This document shows, in pieces, positions 1 to 64,000 of a DNA stretch of 64,000 nt (the stretch's first letter is position 1; each line of letters begins with the position of its first letter). The translations under genes were made by a program, and so were the position numbers. The notes beneath the pieces are model-generated. The model was not told the origin of the DNA and ran no database searches. It saw only the letters and a list, made by a program, of their open reading frames with translations. Source of the DNA: Heteronotia binoei (taxonomy: Eukaryota); contig NC_083243.1 of the NCBI RefSeq assembly GCF_032191835.1, positions 171,740,001 through 171,804,000 of the forward strand. Direction: 5' to 3'.

Positions 1-1897
1 GTCTGAGTTTCTTTACCTTCCTGTCCTTTAAGACTTATTGGGATTATTTGGAAAAAGAAAGATGGTCAGGAGATGTGGAAGTAGGAGTTTGAATTTCCTT
101 CGCTCCATGCAATCCCTTCTTATTGCTGTGTACTTGAAGTATAGAGACAAGCATAGAACTTTTAGATTGTTCCAATTTAGCTTTCAAGACTACAACAGTC
201 TACTGTGAAGTCTGTCTTGTACTCACTTGTTGTTTAGCACAAACAAGCTCTATACCAGGATGTCTGACTGACTGTTTCCTTGACTTAATCCTATAGCATG
301 CAGACTACTTGCATACTTCAGCTATGGTATCTTAAAACACTACTTATAATTTGTACATCCTGCATTTGAAGTTGGTATCACATTGAGATCCCACTTGGTA
401 CTCCTTGAGAGATGAAGTCCACCACTACAGTAACTTATACATGTCCATCTAGGGTCTTTGTCCATCATCTTAGTGCCTTCTCCATTATCAGGCCCTTAAA
501 GTGTTATATTTCCAATTGCCCAGTTGTTCTGTGCACCCCTTTTACTCTCTGTTTTAACTTCCGCAGTCCTTACCATACTATACTCTAAAACTGGCATGCA
601 TCAGATGCCCTTACAGTGATAATACATTCTGGTAACAGAGGTGTAGATGAACAGTTCTTTGTCTTGCAGTCATATTGGGCCGATACTAGCCTTTTAGTAT
701 TTATAATTTTGTTGTAAGTATTAATTCATTTTGGTCAAAATGGGCTTAGAAAGTAAGATAGGTCTGTAGAAGGCATAATCACGGTCTGTCAACTTTTAAG
801 GAACTTCTGGCTTTTGTGATTCATGATGGGTCAGAAAAAATGAGGTTTATTGGCTTCTAATGGGCTGCCATGATGGCAGACTGCACTGGCTGTGGTAGTT
901 CAGTAGTTAAATGGGCTTGGGATAATGTATGCCATGAAATGTTCTGCAGTCTTTAAGCACTATGTAGGCTTCGGCCACTGCTTTGAAGGCGTAGATGTTC
1001 CTTAAAAGTGTATAAATGAACAAATGATCACATAATTTGTCTTATCCAAACAGAACCAAACTGCTGTATAAAATGTTTGAAGTGCTACTTTGTTATGTGA
1101 CTACAGCATGTTAAACTATGAGCTGTGAGCCTTTCTGTTTGGCCACAGGTATCAATCATGGCATTTATAATTGTTTTGCAGTGCTTCCTGGGAAAATGCC
1201 AGCAGATATTTGTTTACAAAGATGAGCATATTTTCAACTTCTCAGCTCATTTCAAACTGTACAATATGTAGAATATTCTGCATTAAAGTTTAACATATGT
1301 ATTTATATGTGGGCAGTAGGTGAATTCTATAAATATTATTCTGTGTTTAAGCATGAATATTTTGGGCTTGATTCAGTTTTGGAAGGGTCAAGCTGTGACT
1401 TATACTGTATAACTTATTGAGCTCCTTTTATTTGGAAAGCATTAATAAAGGCTTCAAAATCCATATATACACACACATATAATGGCCACTGTGTGACACA
1501 GAGTGTTGGACTGGATGGGCCATTGGCCTCATCCAACATGGCTTCTCTTAAGTTCTTATATTAGTGGTAATGGTTTAATCAAGCTTCTAAAATTGAATTT
1601 TCATATTGTTTTATTTCATAGTCTGTTAAATTATCATTATTCTCTTATTGGCATTTCATACTGCTGTTGGTAAAAGCAAAGAAATAATATCAGGTAGGTA
1701 TCGAGAGCAGAAGCAAAGGCGAAAGCATTAGCTTTTTATAAATGTGAATCCCTTTGAGGACCTTACAGTGAAAAAAATGGGATAACATTTTAAATAGAAA
1801 TTGAAGTTTTTTAATGTGCTCTGTTCTGATTTTTGAGGAGGAGGAAGACGACAACAGTTCTGATATCTCCTTCTCACTCTCGTCAGAAGAGTCTGAG

Positions 1898-63913
<62,016 letters not shown>

Positions 63914-64000
63914 GTAAGTGTGCAGCTGAACCAAAATGCATTTTTGTGTAGCATTTCTATTATTCAGAGCCTATCAGATCCAGTTCAACCTCCTGAAGCA

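Overview
Eukaryotic (vertebrate) genomic DNA, not prokaryotic. The repeat content (Squam-type SINEs, CR1, L2, BovB, Penelope, hAT MITEs) points to a squamate reptile, probably a gecko (inference). The window is almost entirely one + strand gene, KDM2A (FBXL11/JHDM1A, H3K36 demethylase). I traced 16 coding exons from the ATG at 1898 to 63913 (2768 nt, 922 codons + 2 nt). All have AG/GT boundaries with matching phases and encode JmjC, CXXC, PHD and the start of the F-box; the LRR exons lie beyond the window. The introns hold many transposon insertions, several nested, and one 230-N assembly gap. Most interesting: (1) a CpG-rich internal promoter and alternative first exon in the 10.3-kb intron before the CXXC exons, matching the JmjC-less short isoform architecture known in mammals; (2) a 92-bp near-perfect foldback insertion carrying a Penelope-type minimal hammerhead ribozyme core on both strands; (3) a 34-bp tandem duplication of an exon end that creates a second, PTC-generating splice donor; (4) a four-element nested transposon stack at 50987-55597. 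Exon numbers follow the mammalian convention (exon 1 non-coding, outside the window). Coordinates were counted by hand; TE ends without a TSD are approximate.
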